DNA of 62,581 nucleotides, counting the filler, from Hausera hauseri (Eukaryota), in NCBI GenBank assembly GCA_046269625.1. It is 11 parts of 11 records of this genome, joined end to end, with 100 filler letters (N's around TTAATTAATTAA, not from the genome) between each part and the next. Parts side by side here need not be neighbours in the genome. Positions count along the whole stretch, not along the records: positions 6,489 to 12,635 come from JBJURY010133762.1; positions 12,736 to 16,831 come from JBJURY010765095.1; positions 16,932 to 21,499 come from JBJURY010524236.1; positions 21,600 to 26,134 come from JBJURY010537787.1; 7 more parts are not named here. One strand, 5' to 3'. Shown in pieces: positions 10,816 through 23,431 of the stretch. The translations under genes and the position numbers were made by a program. The notes beneath the pieces are model-generated. The model did no database searches and was not told the origin of the DNA. It saw only the letters and a list, made by a program, of their open reading frames with translations. The first letter of the stretch is position 1. Each line of letters opens with the position of its first letter.

Positions 10816-12635
10816 ATGGTAAATACGAATAGCCGAATTAGTATCGACGAATACTTGGGGGAGCAAGCTACACTATTCATTTCAAAATCAAAGTCTATCT
10901 ACAGGCGGATCACCGAAGCATTGCAAGCGAGAACCTATATCGAGATTTCAAAAACCGAAGAAATTCCCAATGATCTAAAGGGTATTACAGAGGAGAACCG
11001 TACAATCTTCCTTTACGCAATGCGCGAAGATAATCAGACTAAAGCCTATTCCCTAAAGGAATTAATCCGAAACCAACCAGCTAAAATTTAAGACATATAC
11101 ATCCATCTAGCGGACGGAAAAATATACTATAGGAAAGGAAACCAAACCTCAAACTCCAATGAAGGGCATCAATATCGATTCAGCACATTTAAAATAAACG
11201 GAAAAGGTTTAGAACGTGTTGACTACGGTCTAAAATTTAGAGTAGCAGCCCTTCCTGTCAAAAAATGTTCTAAGTGACTTACAGAGAAGATTTTAATCTG
11301 TGTGCCAGCTCTAGAATTTGGAGAAATTCCAATAGAGAAAATAAAGGATGAACATCGTCAGTCATATAGATTAGTCCAAGATGGTCGTAACGTAAGAGTT
11401 ATCGCGACCGCCCCAGAAGCCTTCTTCAAGTTAATGATCGAAGCAATGAGCAACGACTCGAGTAGAATTCAAAACTTCTAACGGATAGCCAACATTCCAA
11501 ATATTTACAAGAAATTTATATATAATTAAAGTGGGAACATAAATAGGCCCCTGGAAACCCCATATACAATTTGCGCAGTTATTTGAAGTTCGAACAAATA
11601 GATACCAAATATAGAAAAAATATCAAACCCTACTTTCCGATCAGAACTGTCCAGTCGATGGGCAGCCACAATCTTACAATCACCATACAAAAACCTATAA
11701 AAGAATCAGAGGAAAATGTAACGGAAATACAAACGATCGAGAAAGGAAACAAAACGCTCAATAAAACGTCAAAGTCTCTAGAAGAACACAAGGAAGAATT
11801 GAGGCAAACAATAATAAAGAAACAAAAATGAGAAGAAAAGCTCCAGTCCAAGAAAACGCTATCTATTTATGACTACGTGTTTAAGAAAAGAAAAGATGAA
11901 AAGCTAAAGAATGAAAACCAACTAATTGGACCAAGCATCTCTCAGAAGGCCAAATCCGTAAAAACCAGTAAATTTGTGACAACTGAAGTTAATGTCCTAT
12001 TAGGGAAGAAGATCGAAGAAAATGGCCACCATAAAACAACTCATGACTCATTAAGAATGTTGATAACCACGAAATATTGTAGCAAGAAAAATTTTTGGGA
12101 AGCCCTAAGTTAGGGAATTACCTTACCTCAGTCTTCCGCTCAAAAAGGACAGGAAAAATTATAGTTCCGGTAGATAAGCAAATCCGGATATTACTAAAAA
12201 ACAATATCAAAGATACCGAATGAAAGAAAAATCCCAGATTTGGACCAAGACCTTATGGCAGATTGGACCTTGATACAAGTGAGCTGTGACCCACGTAAAA
12301 GTTCAATTAACCCTAAACAGAAGGTAATTCACGGATACCTGTATCAAGACGGAGACGGCCTTGTATTTGAACCCATTTAACTAACTATTCAAGTCGACTT
12401 AAATAGAGACGATTGGGACAAGAAGGATAGTGAATGTCCTGTATGTGAAGCAAACTTAAGACAAAGCTATGTAGTTCTGTACAATAAAAATTGCCTCCAC
12501 AAATACTGTCGAGATTGTCTAGAAAAGTGGACACTCAACAACGGAAAGTCAACGTTTGCAGTATGTCCGGCAGAGGCTACGGTATTAAAATATTACTCAG
12601 ACGGGAGCTACACCCGAATTGTTCGAATCAAGCCC
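10816..12635 (+). pseudogene. Family A ORF3: unknown N-terminal domain, mostly deleted exonuclease-like domain, Lys/Glu-rich linker, conserved unknown domain, RING-HC finger
   Basis: Colinear homology to 37772-39905. RING at 12435-12566: CPVC-x15-CLHKYCRDCLEKW-x8-[F]AVC. Confidence 0.7.
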
Positions 12636-12850
12636 NNNNNNNNNNNNNNNNNNNNNNNNNNNNNNNNNNNNNNNNNNNNTTAATTAATTAANNNNNNNNN
12701 NNNNNNNNNNNNNNNNNNNNNNNNNNNNNNNNNNNAGTAAATACATTCTTAATGGTAACAATTTCAATTTAAAAGTTAAATATATACACTCTGTAATGAA
12801 TTTTGCAATTTTTTCTGAATTTCCTGGTTGATTGAAATAATTTTGCCACC

Positions 12851-15141
12851 TCTATGTTACATTCCCACCAACAATACATGGAATTGAAAAATTTGAACAA
12901 GTGAATCATATGTCTATCAGTATCTTTAGATTGGATGAAACGGATAAATTATATCTTTTAAAAGTGTGCAAAGTTGAATTATAGGACCACAGGGATCTGC
13001 TCCTGATAAGTGATGGTGAAGAGAGGCATTTGCATAATGAACTTTGAACGTCTAGTAAGATCCAAAATAACAAAGCATGCTACCAGAATTGAGATCTGCA
13101 AACGATGCTTATCTCATTTCAATGGTGACTTAGCTGTGGAAAGGCTTGAAGAACAAACAGTGTACTGCAAAAAATGCAGCACATCATTTTATGCAGAGAT
13201 TGGAAGACTTGGCACACAAGATTGAAAACATTAAGCTTAAAAGTATGATAATATCATCAAAAGAAGAAAATGAATGGAGAAAGACAACAACATGTTATAT
13301 GTAATGCAATTTACATTTACAGCAGACAACTACAAGTTCCGTGATCTTTGCCCTGTAACAGACAAGTATAGAAGCGCAGCCTGCAATTCATGCTATTTAC
13401 CCTGCAGGACTGTGACATTTGTGCCTGTCATCTTCCACAATCTCAGTGGCTGTGATTCCCATTTCATAGTCAGAGAACTTGGCAATATCGAGGGGAATAT
13501 TGATGTCATCCCAAACATTGAGGAAAAATATGTAACATTCACCAAGCATGAAGGACACAAGATTCCGATTCATTGACAGTTTCCGTTTCATGAGTTCATC
13601 TCTTGATAGCCTGGTCATGAATCTTCCATCAAATGAACTAAAGGAAACAAAGAAGTTCTTTTCATCAACTTTTGACTTGGTCAAAAGGAAAGGAGTTTTC
13701 TCCTATGATTATACCATATGACGGGGATAGCTGGATGAAACATCATTGCTATCCAAGAAGGACTTTATAATCAACAGTCAGACTCAGATATCAGCGATGC
13801 TGATTAGGAGCATGCTCACAAGGTCTGGAATGCGTTCCAATGTAGGACAATTGAAGAATACAGTGATATTTGTCGCAAAACGGATGTTTTGCTGCTAACA
13901 GATGTCTTCAACAGCTTCAGAGAATTGACGCTTCAGAGCCATACGTTGGATCCAACTCATTTCTTTACCGCTTCAGGAATGCGTTTGGCAGCAATGCTGC
14001 TATATACTGATGTCAGGCTGCAGATGCGGAAGGACTACAATACGATCTTCATGATCGAAAAAGTCATTCGTGGAGGAATCTGCCAGATAATTCACAGATA
14101 TAGTGAGGCCAACTATAGGTATATGGAAGATTACAAGCCATCCAAGCCATCCATATTAAACATACTTGGATTCCAAAAATTTATAAGGATGGGCAATGAG
14201 CGCCCCATTACCGCATGATAACTTCGAATGGGTTGAGCATCCCGAAGAAATTTCTATACAAGTCATGGATTCCAGTGAAGAAACAGACTAAATACTGGAA
14301 GTAGATGTGGAATACAATCATTCTATCTACATAAGTCATAACCAGATGCCACTTCTACCAAAGAACAAGCAGCCACCAAATGTGAAATACAGGAAGCTGA
14401 TGTGTCATATAGGCAGTAGAAAACGATATGTATCCCATTATATTTATCTCCAACAGACATGAGAAATGAATTTAGAATCATGAAGATCCATCGTGCCCTA
14501 CAATGCAGTCACTCATCGTGGCTGAAGCAGTACATTGACTTCAACACACAGCTGAGGGCTAATGACAAAATTGACTTTGAAAAAGATCAGTTCAAGCTGT
14601 ATAACAACAGTGTTTTTGGTAAAACGATGGAAAATATCAGGAACCGGATAAAAATTGAGTTAGTGTGTAATTGGAGAAGGGCAAAGAAGCTCATAGCCAA
14701 GCCGAATTTCCACATCTGCATAATATACCGGGAAAATATTGTCAGTATTCATATGCTGAAGACATCTTTGGAATTAAATAAGTCAATTTACGTTGGAATG
14801 TCGGTATTGCATCTATTGAAGACTTTGATGTACGACGTCCATTACAACATCATTGTCTCGACATTCAGGGCTTTGTAGCTAATGTATGTGGATTCTGATA
14901 CTGATTCTTTCATGTAGCAGATCCATACTCATGACACTTTTACTGACTTTTCGAAATGGGCTCAGAATATGGACACTTCCGACTATCTGAAGGATCATAG
15001 AAATTATTCGGTTGCCAATAAGAAGGTCCTCGGAAAATTAAAAGGTGAGGTGAATGAGGGATCAGACTCATATAATATCTGAAATGAGAAGGATTCAATC
15101 TCAGGCTCATGAGATTCAAACGGTAGCGCTGCGGAAAGAGT
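12851..15141 (+). pseudogene. Polinton/adintovirus-type protein-primed family B DNA polymerase (with Zn finger and EndoVII-like insert), decayed
   Basis: IEKFEQVN, CKRCLSHF, RDLCPVTDKYRSAACNSC, FHNLSGCDSHFI, DVLLLTDVF, IRGGICQ, KLYNNSVFGKTMEN, DTDSF, NKKVLGK. Confidence 0.9.
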
Positions 15142-15372
15142 CCAGCTTGGGTTAGGTTGAAAAATCCCCACCCCCTGGTATGTCCGCTAAGGCAGAATTT
15201 GACCGTTTGTAATTACTCATTGAAAAGTTAACACCAGTTGTTGAAAATTTTATTACTATTTTAAAATACTGATTTTGAAACAAATTTCCTGAAATTCTCA
15301 GTTCAAAACAAATTTTTAATATTATATTTTGATATTACTGATTGGTTCTTTTTAATTTAAATTTGCTTTTAA
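15142..15372 (+). repeat. Fragment of the dispersed repeat also found at ~28690-28920 and ~34615-34845
   Basis: Shared ccagcttgggt..aaaatcccc..tatgtccgctaa..aaagttaacaccagttg. It is fused directly to the truncated pPolB 3' end. Confidence 0.85.
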
Positions 15373-15379
15373 TTTTTCT

Positions 15380-16831
15380 CGCAATCTGTACGTATTTCTT
15401 TAGGTGCTACTTTTTTGAGGATCAGTTTCTTTTCTATCTCTTCTTTGATGGTTGCTTCATCTTGTCTCGGCATAGCAATTAGGATTACGTATCTTCTGTA
15501 CTGATCTATCGTTGCTAAAATATATCTTTTTTTCTCCATATTTCTTTTTTCTCCATATTTTTTCCTTCATTGGTCCACAGATATCTATGTATATTTTCTC
15601 GAATGACTCGTTTGCCTATAGCTTCACTAGTTCTTCCTTCGTGCTCGTTGTCAAGGTTTTACTTCTCTGAAAAGCTTCGCAATGTCAAACTACTGTCCGG
15701 ACTGCTTCTCGTAGATTGTCCATATAGTAGTAACTGTCGATGTATTTTATTACCTTTTTTGAACGTGCGTAGGACAGCATGACAAGATTATACTTTATCA
15801 TTTCTGAACGTCTGTTCGTGAGTATCCAAATCTTATTTGTTCGTATTTTATTATTCCTTCTTCTTGTTTTCGTCGGACAATACTTTCTTTTATTTCTTCG
15901 ATTGTGTTGGTGTGTTTATGCTGTTTCATCGACGTTTATCCTCCGAGTCTTGCTTTTCTGCATTTTGGCGTCGTCGTGTTGTTGTAGACATTGGCTGCAT
16001 GTTTCGCAACTCTTGCGGGAAAGCATATTTGCATTCGAATGATCTGTGCCTTTTCTGTACTCCAGGTTGATGTCTAGACTGGATAGGTACTTGATCCATG
16101 TCTGAAATTGGGCTGTTATCGGTTTTTGTCTTTACCATGAACTTTATTGCCTTGTGGCCTGTTATCAGTGTGAATTGTTTCCAGAATAGGTAATGATTGA
16201 AATGTTTGCAGAAATAATACATGGCCAGTAGTTCCATCCGAGTTATACAATATCTTTTTTCACGGTTGTTCATTACGTGTGATGCGTATGCAATCACTCT
16301 CTCGCGTTCCAAACTATCCGTCTGTGACAGTACCGCTCCAATAGTGTCAAAACTTGCATGCGTATTGAGGATAAATTCTCTGTTGAAGTCAGGGAAACCT
16401 AGTATTGGTGGTGTGGCTAAGACTCTTTTCATTGACTCGAAAACCTCGTTACATTGTTTGGTCCATATGAAAATTTCTTGTTATTCAATCCGCATAATTG
16501 CTCCAATGTCTTCACCTTTGCCGCGTAACCTAGGATAAATCTTCTGTAATAATTGCAAATCCCTAAGTAGCTTCTCAAATTCTTGACATGTTTTGGTTTC
16601 TCAAAGAACTTAATTGCTTCCAGTTTTTATGGGTCTGTCTGTATGCCTTTGTCATTTACTATATGCCCTAAAAATTTCACTTCATTCTTGAGTATGTGAC
16701 ATTTCTTTGGGTTTACTCTGAGACCTGCTTCTCTGATCCGCTGCAATGCCTTTCTTAGTATCCTATAATGCTCTTCTAGAGTCTTAGAGAAGATTAGTAT
16801 ATCATCTAGATATACCACTGTTTGTTCAATG
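15380..16831 (-). mobile_element. Gypsy pol fragment (RT end, RNase H, start of integrase region), separate lineage
   Basis: VYLDDILIFSKTLEEH, FILNTHASFDTIGAVLSQ, YCITRMELLA. Confidence 0.88.
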
Positions 16832-16937
16832 NNNNNNNNNNNNNNNNNNNNNNNNNNNNNNNNNNNNNNNNNNNNTTAATTAATTAANNNNNNNNNNNNN
16901 NNNNNNNNNNNNNNNNNNNNNNNNNNNNNNNAGTGAT

Positions 16938-17198
16938 TTGGACACGATGGAACGTACGCTGAAAAACGTCGACAGTGATTTGGTGTTGTCCAATGATATT
17001 CGAGACACATCATCTCTTTTTCTAAAGGGCAATATTAAAAAGATTATGCGTTCAAGCGGTGACGAAACAACAACAGAAGCGACGACGTTGCCATCCGAAG
17101 GTGCTAAAGGCTGTCTGACGCTGAAACTGAAAGGCTACAAAGAACTGTGTGGCGCTAAATCGCCAATGTGGAAATTGGGCAAATTTACTTTGACTTGA
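16938..17198 (+). CDS. Small hypothetical protein (3' part) convergent with the pPolB gene
   Basis: Open frame from the contig edge, followed by AATAAA near 17222. No recognisable domain. Confidence 0.3.
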   Translation: MDTMERTLKNVDSDLVLSNDIRDTSSLFLKGNIKKIMRSSGDETTTEATTLPSEGAKGCLTLKLKGYKELCGAKSPMWKLGKFTLT

Positions 17199-17424
17199 CT
17201 TGCCTTTTGCGTTTTATGATTAATAAAGTATTGATTTTACTTTTCTCTTAATTCGTTATTTTTATTAGAAACCTTACATAATAATACGTTAAATTAAAAA
17301 GACAAAACAAAATGCGTCGAACAAATATACATTATTTACAAAAATCAAATAACAGCGAGTGTCATAGTTTATAAAGTGTACTGGTTTGACTGTCTTCGTC
17401 TGGCTGTCTGACTGTGAATGTGCT

Positions 17425-20400
17425 TTACTTCAACTGTCAATGCCCATACGCCTAACTCTTATTTCGTCCCACTCACTTTCGCTTGTCATGGTTGCATGAC
17501 AAAACAACCATTTTATTTGTGATGGTGTGCAGCTGGCGCTCAATCGATCGTGTGGTCGTTTGAGACACAACAGCCTTTCCTTCTTCTTCTTGTCCATTAT
17601 AGGCACGGTGAAAAATCACCGTGATTTATTTCCGTCTGTTTCAGCTAAATGACTTTTGCCCACATTTTCGGCTCACAGTCCGTCAGAAGACTGTAGCAAT
17701 TTGGGTACAAAAATATCCATTCCCTTTATTAAACTCGGCCGATTTTGTTTGTTATCGCGCTGCTGTACAGAGGATGGTTCTGCGGGTAGTTGGACGTATC
17801 CAGTAGTCCATCTGACACCATTTGTCGGAGCAGCTGGTCTTGATTGATGTTTTTCAGCTCAAAGAAAAAGCTGTCTGTGTCAACGGGAACGATACTGATC
17901 TCACAGCCACCAAATATTTGCAGCTAATGCGCCAAGTCGCGATACTGGAGCTCGTACATCCTATATAGCTTGGTTGGTCCAGTACGACTTTTTCTGTATT
18001 TAGAAGCACGGCAACCAATCCATCGGCAATGTGCATTGATCGCCTAAACTGAGTCTTGCTGGTGTACGTAACCAGACGCTTTTTCAGATTCTCCACGGTT
18101 TTCCCGTACAGTGAATTGTTTTTGAGCTTGCAATAGTCTTTTTCGAACTTTGTACAAGTTGCAAATCGTTTTTCTTGAATATCGGCGCCTGATTGAAGCG
18201 GATTGCACGATACAGCTGTGTGACACGTACACCGAGCTGCATGTAAAACTGCAGTAAACGCCAATGAACCACGTAATTCGATTTTTGTTCATGCGTCATG
18301 GGCAGTTTCTTTACTTTTGAGCCGAGCGGACATTGGCTGATTGGTGTTACGGGTAATTCGTCCAGAGTGTCGTGCAGCTCATCTGGTACCAAAAAATCGA
18401 CTTCCATTAAATAGCCGACTGAGCTGCTTTCTGTCGTGTTTGCTGATGCTAACAGACTGACCAGCAATGTATCCAGTTCTTGTTTGCCCATTATCTATTC
18501 AAATGAACCGTATGGCAAGGGTTGCGAAAGCACCCAGCCATACAGGTTATTAATATTGATGTACAACGTTGACGTTGTATCATCGTCATCACTGGTTACG
18601 TGATGCTTATTGACAAATGTCATGCCGCCACGAATATCGACATCAAATAGTCGGTACATTTCCAGGTCTTGTAACGGCTCAATTTCCCTGTCCAGCGACA
18701 TTAGTGCCGATGTCCAACTCATTCCCAGTATGGAGTAAACGTTTAGCGGCTCCAGCCTGTCTTCTGCCAACGCCTTAGCACGAAATGTCTGAAACACATC
18801 GCCTAACAAGTACACGTCCAGTTTCAGGTACTGTAGAATGTTCTCCAACGTGTTTCTGCAGACGAGCTCTGTCCACGCTTCCTGTGCTCTGTGGTACTCG
18901 TCCTCCGTGATTCCGGTCCATTGTGGCGACAATTCATCTGTTGTCTGAAGGCGCTCGTACGACATAGCAAAGTCATGGGAATAGGCATTTTCTGCGTTCA
19001 GTATGCGCAGGGAACTGCGTCAGCTTTATCGGCACATCCGGCAAGGCACTTACGAGCTTTCCTAGAGACTCATTGAGGAACTGCAATGAGTCAAGAAACC
19101 GTACCTGGAACCGGTTTATACGTGACGATAGGGACAGGTACTTCTCTTTCGTTGTTGGGATTATGGATAGTTCCCAGTGCGCAAATCCGTTGATGGCCCA
19201 TTTCAGAATATGGTGACAGTCATAACCTCAAAAGTTATAAAATATCACAGGTAGGAATGGCCGAACACGCCTTGCCAAATTGCATGCATTTCATTCTGTT
19301 CCCAGGTATCGTCCGGTAAAATGGTCGTGATCAGGTACGAGCCGTTCCTGTACATCGAACGGCAATATTTTGTGGCATATGTAACATTTGTCAGTGGCGG
19401 TGAAGAGCAGCGGTTCATATTTGTCCGCCCAGATCAGTTGCTTCGTCATGTAATTCATATATCACGGCGCGATTTCCGTTTTTACTATTGTCTCCAACTG
19501 ATGCAGGAAATCACGGACACAGTTCCATCCGTGGAAAATGTAGTATTGTGGTTGTCTGTCGGCTTTAATTGGCACAACCAGCATGCCGACGGCGATTGGG
19601 ACATGCTTTTAATCGTTGATGTTGTGCCGTGGTAAAATTGCTTTGATATCAACATATACCACATATGCCGGACTGTCGGTTTTTGACCAGTCACTGAATC
19701 TCAGTTTCTTTTTGACTGGAATGACATACATTGTTGTTCCTGTTGCATTTTTCTTGTGCGGCGCCACATGCCTTTCCCACGTCGCTTCTGACCTAAAGCC
19801 ATGTAGACATATGGGACACCATTCGCAGCGTATGCGTTTTTTGGACAATCCAATTATGGTCCATGTTTAGTAGTCTATCCAAATTTGTTACTGCCACAGA
19901 ATAAAAGTTTTCTGCATTCTCCAACAGCAACAAAGTTACTGGGCATCCATTTGAGTTCCGACTGCGGTAGATTATATCTACATGGGAATTTTGTATATTT
20001 CTTTATCTGCCGGTATCTTTATGATTGTGTTGTACCGGAACATGTTTATTGACAATGTTGGATTGCGCCATTCAAATGCCGGGAAGGTTTTGAGTTTCAT
20101 CAGCATCCAGCTTTCGTCGTAAACAAATTCGGCGAAATATTTACTGTACTACTTTGGACAATTTGCACGATGTCTCGACACTTGATCATATTTTAATACG
20201 GCCAGAACACTGCAAAGGAAACAGTATACATCATCCGTATTTTGCACATTCACTACCATCAGAGACTGCTTTAAGACTCTGAATGACTGTCCGGACAGGT
20301 ATATAATGTCACTCGACTTTGTTATAATAAAGCCTAGAGTGACAATCTTTACAATCCGCCAGCCGCTGCCTTTTTCCGTTGGCGATTTTCTCATCGAGCT

Positions 20401-20638
20401 TTTCGCCAATGTACTCAACGAAATCTTCGGTATTTGGTACAGCTCGATGTGACAGGTACCATTGTTTTCTGTCACCTTGCACGTTTTCGAATTCAGCAAG
20501 TGTGTAATACTGCATGTTGCAATGTTTGAATTTCCGCACTTCAACTTTCAGTCGGATTCGCACACTGGACGGGGTATGTCTCAATTGCATTGTTGTTGTT
20601 GTTATCGTTGCCGCTGACATGTCCACCTTCATGTCCAC
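17425..20638 (-). pseudogene. Second, divergent Polinton-type pPolB, near full length, frameshifted
   Basis: KGSGWRI, VVNVQNTDDVYCFLCSVLA, CPICLHGF, LDVYLLGDVFQTFR, DIRGGMT, NINNLYGWVLSQPLP, KLKNNSLYGKTVEN, terminal AYGH. Confidence 0.9.
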
Positions 20639-20725
20639 GTACTATCTGTTTAGATCGTACTTGACGGTAATGGGTAGTTCCTGCTGGTCCTGTTGCTGCT
20701 GCTTACTGCTGCTATTTTGCGCGTA

Positions 20726-21120
20726 TTAGTCAAGGCTTGTGGATGCTTGACGTTTCCTACTGGTTGTTGTTGTCGTTATTGTTGTTGTTGTGGAGGGGAT
20801 CCTTCTTTTTGTTGAGTCCATGACTAGTTGCTTTTTGGACCGCTTAAACTGATTTAAGTGGTCCTTGTGTAAATTATAGAATTGTTCATAGTTGATTTGA
20901 TCATCAACTATAGAAAAACCGGGAAAAACATAGGTCCGTTTATTGTGCAGCTGTGTGGTGATGGCATAGTACTGCTCCATTTCAGTATGGCAACCATCAA
21001 CGTTATGTAATCTACTAGTACAATATTGCGAGTATGTGGGGCAATGCGCAAGCATCATCTTCTTCGACCGCGTAAACGGCCCGAGATGATGCGTGTGTAT
21101 CTCGTAAAAGTCAGAGTACG
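20726..21120 (-). pseudogene. Tandem Cys/His-domain gene directly upstream of pPolB (5' end removed by a Gypsy fragment)
   Basis: YSDFYEIHTHHLGPFTRSKK and YEQFYNLHKDHLNQFKRSKK match the two repeats of the 56263-57035 protein. Confidence 0.65.
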
Positions 21121-21499
21121 GCAAGGACCATTGCAAGCAACTCTCGGTCAAAGGTGGAATATCTCTGCTCTTGTGCTGTGAATTTTCGAGGGAAGAATTC
21201 TAATGGCTCATGGGATCCATTTTGGACTTGATGGAGGACAGCACCTGCAGCTGTTGTGGATGCATTTGTGGTTAAGAAGAGTTCTGCATGGGAGTCCGAA
21301 TAGGCCAGGATTTCCATGGTTTATAGATTATTTTTGGGGTGATCGAAAGCGTTGACTAGCTTGGCGGTCCATTGAATAGGCTGTTTTTTCTTGCAAGAGC
21401 TTAGTGATGCAAAGGGACCGGTTGGATTAGAGCAGTGTGGAATATACTTATGAATAAAGTGCAAGGTTCCCAGGAAAGAACGCATCTCTGTTGATGTAC
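21121..21499 (-). mobile_element. CsRn1-like Gypsy (family B) RT-connection/RNase H fragment
   Basis: EMRSFLGTLHF, LTTNASTTAAGAVLHQ, RYSTFDRELLA. Confidence 0.88.
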
Positions 21500-23169
21500 N
21501 NNNNNNNNNNNNNNNNNNNNNNNNNNNNNNNNNNNNNNNNNNNTTAATTAATTAANNNNNNNNNNNNNNNNNNNNNNNNNNNNNNNNNNNNNNNNNNNNC
21601 ATAAAATGACTAAGTGTGTGACTTATCCAGTTATATTACGTCAATTCTAGTTTCGGTGACCTGGTTTTCATTACCATAATGTCCTGGAGAACTATTAGTA
21701 ACGCCCGTTAGTACTTGTTGATAGATTTCATTGATTTAGTTCTACATTCCACCTAATTTATTACGTTGACTTCATAATCACAAGTCCTTCGGTTTTTCCC
21801 AGTGTTTTGTTGAACGACAGAAAAATATGTGGAAAGCCGTCAACTTCATTATGTTGGTTTTCACTACCGTCACACCCACTAACATGTGTGGATGATTGCT
21901 GCTTCTTTTAGAAAAGACTCTCAAACTTGCTGATAATCAAAGGTGCCTAAACGTAGCACCAGTTGTCATTTACCGTTTTAACTCTTGTTCTCAATTCAGT
22001 GTTTGTTTTTTCTCAGCTCTCGGCCGATTACTGGAATCTCTGGTTTTAATGCTTATTAATGGGCACGTTTTAACTTGTGTTCAAACCGATTTACCTAAAT
22101 TTTACCAACCTGAAAAGACGTCTGTGTCCATGCCTGTTCATTTGTCTGTAGCTAAACTCACCATGATTTGGGTTTTATTGAAACTTTCAATGAAAATTTC
22201 AACTGGATTCTACCGGTAGTTTTGAAAACAAATACATTGGGTTTCCGATTAGGTTCATTAACGAATTCATTAAGACTTTCATCTGGAATATCGTTAAACC
22301 AATGTTGGACTCGTTTACGATTATCATCAAATGGATTCAATATTCTTTTGCCTGCAGCTTGAATTGTAAACTTCTGACACCATTGTTGGTTTAGGGTTAA
22401 ATCCATCATTTTACTTAATTCCGTCATTTAAAAACAAGAAAGGAATAGCAAACACAAATTATAATTTTTCAAATTCAAAAAACTCACTATTTACAAACAT
22501 CGATATTGCATTGCAACGATAACGTCACTAGCTTGATTTTCGGAATTTCGGGATTTAATCATTACCCAATTAATCATCGGCATCTTTCGGCATTCCCGTT
22601 ATTTTATTATCGGCTAAGCAATTTTCCAGTGACATACGAGACGTTGAAATGTAGAAATCTTCTTCTTCGGCCACACTTGCTTTACAAATAATCGAACGAA
22701 TGAAAATGATAATATTTTCACTCCACAGAACCTCCGAAGTGCTTTATTTTGTACTAAATGAGTACTGTGCACATACATGTTGATAAATACCGCTTGGCCG
22801 AGAGTATCGCCTTTTAGGCAATTTACAAAACGTGCCAGAGTTTATTCAATAACTCCAATCAGAAAACTGTAATCCATTTCTTCATCATGTGGTAACAAAT
22901 TTTGCTGAAGATTCTCGTTGAGATACATTCTCTTCCTTTCTATTTGCATATGAGAGTCCAAAATATTGTCAGAACATTATGTACCGAATCACCCACCGCT
23001 AATTTAATCTAGCGTTGATTTCATGGTGTCCTCATATACAGTAATTAAAAACATGACGCTGACACATGTTTCTTGATCACTCAGATATTTATTTTATCAA
23101 ATTTATCTGACCTTAGTCTTCCACTGATTGGTAAATATTACCGATACCGTCGTAGAATAATAAGTGGTG

Positions 23170-23431
23170 TGTTGTATAGCCTGGATTGAGGGTATCCAGT
23201 TTTTTGACGTTGTGTTCGGATACAAGGAAATCGTTATGTTGGAAATTGAGTCATTGTGTCAAATCTCAAATAGGGATCTATAAATCTGGGTTGTTGTGAT
23301 CCTGATTAGATATTCTGGCACGATGAGATAAAAGAAGCAAAGCGCATCAATTTGTCGGGAAATTACAAAATAAATAACAACAAATGAGAAAACAATAACA
23401 GTGTATTTACAAAGTCTTGTTGGGCACAACA
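23170..23431 (-). repeat. 3' LTR (262 bp) of a family B Gypsy
   Basis: Ends TGTTGT...ACAACA (6-bp inverted termini). A polypurine tract GGGGGTGGGTGA abuts the TG at 23431 on the minus strand. Confidence 0.7.

Larger units (their letters stand above)
6489..12635 (+). mobile_element. Ty3/Gypsy LTR retrotransposon, family A copy 1 (RT-RH-IN + membrane ORF + ORF3), decayed, both ends cut by gaps
   Basis: RT-RNaseH-integrase order. Downstream ORFs are colinear with those at 35811-39982. Confidence 0.92.

Noticed and set aside
21600-22427. Minus-strand ORF MTELSKMM... as a gene
   Set aside because: Protein-like but interrupted by many stops, with no recognisable domain.
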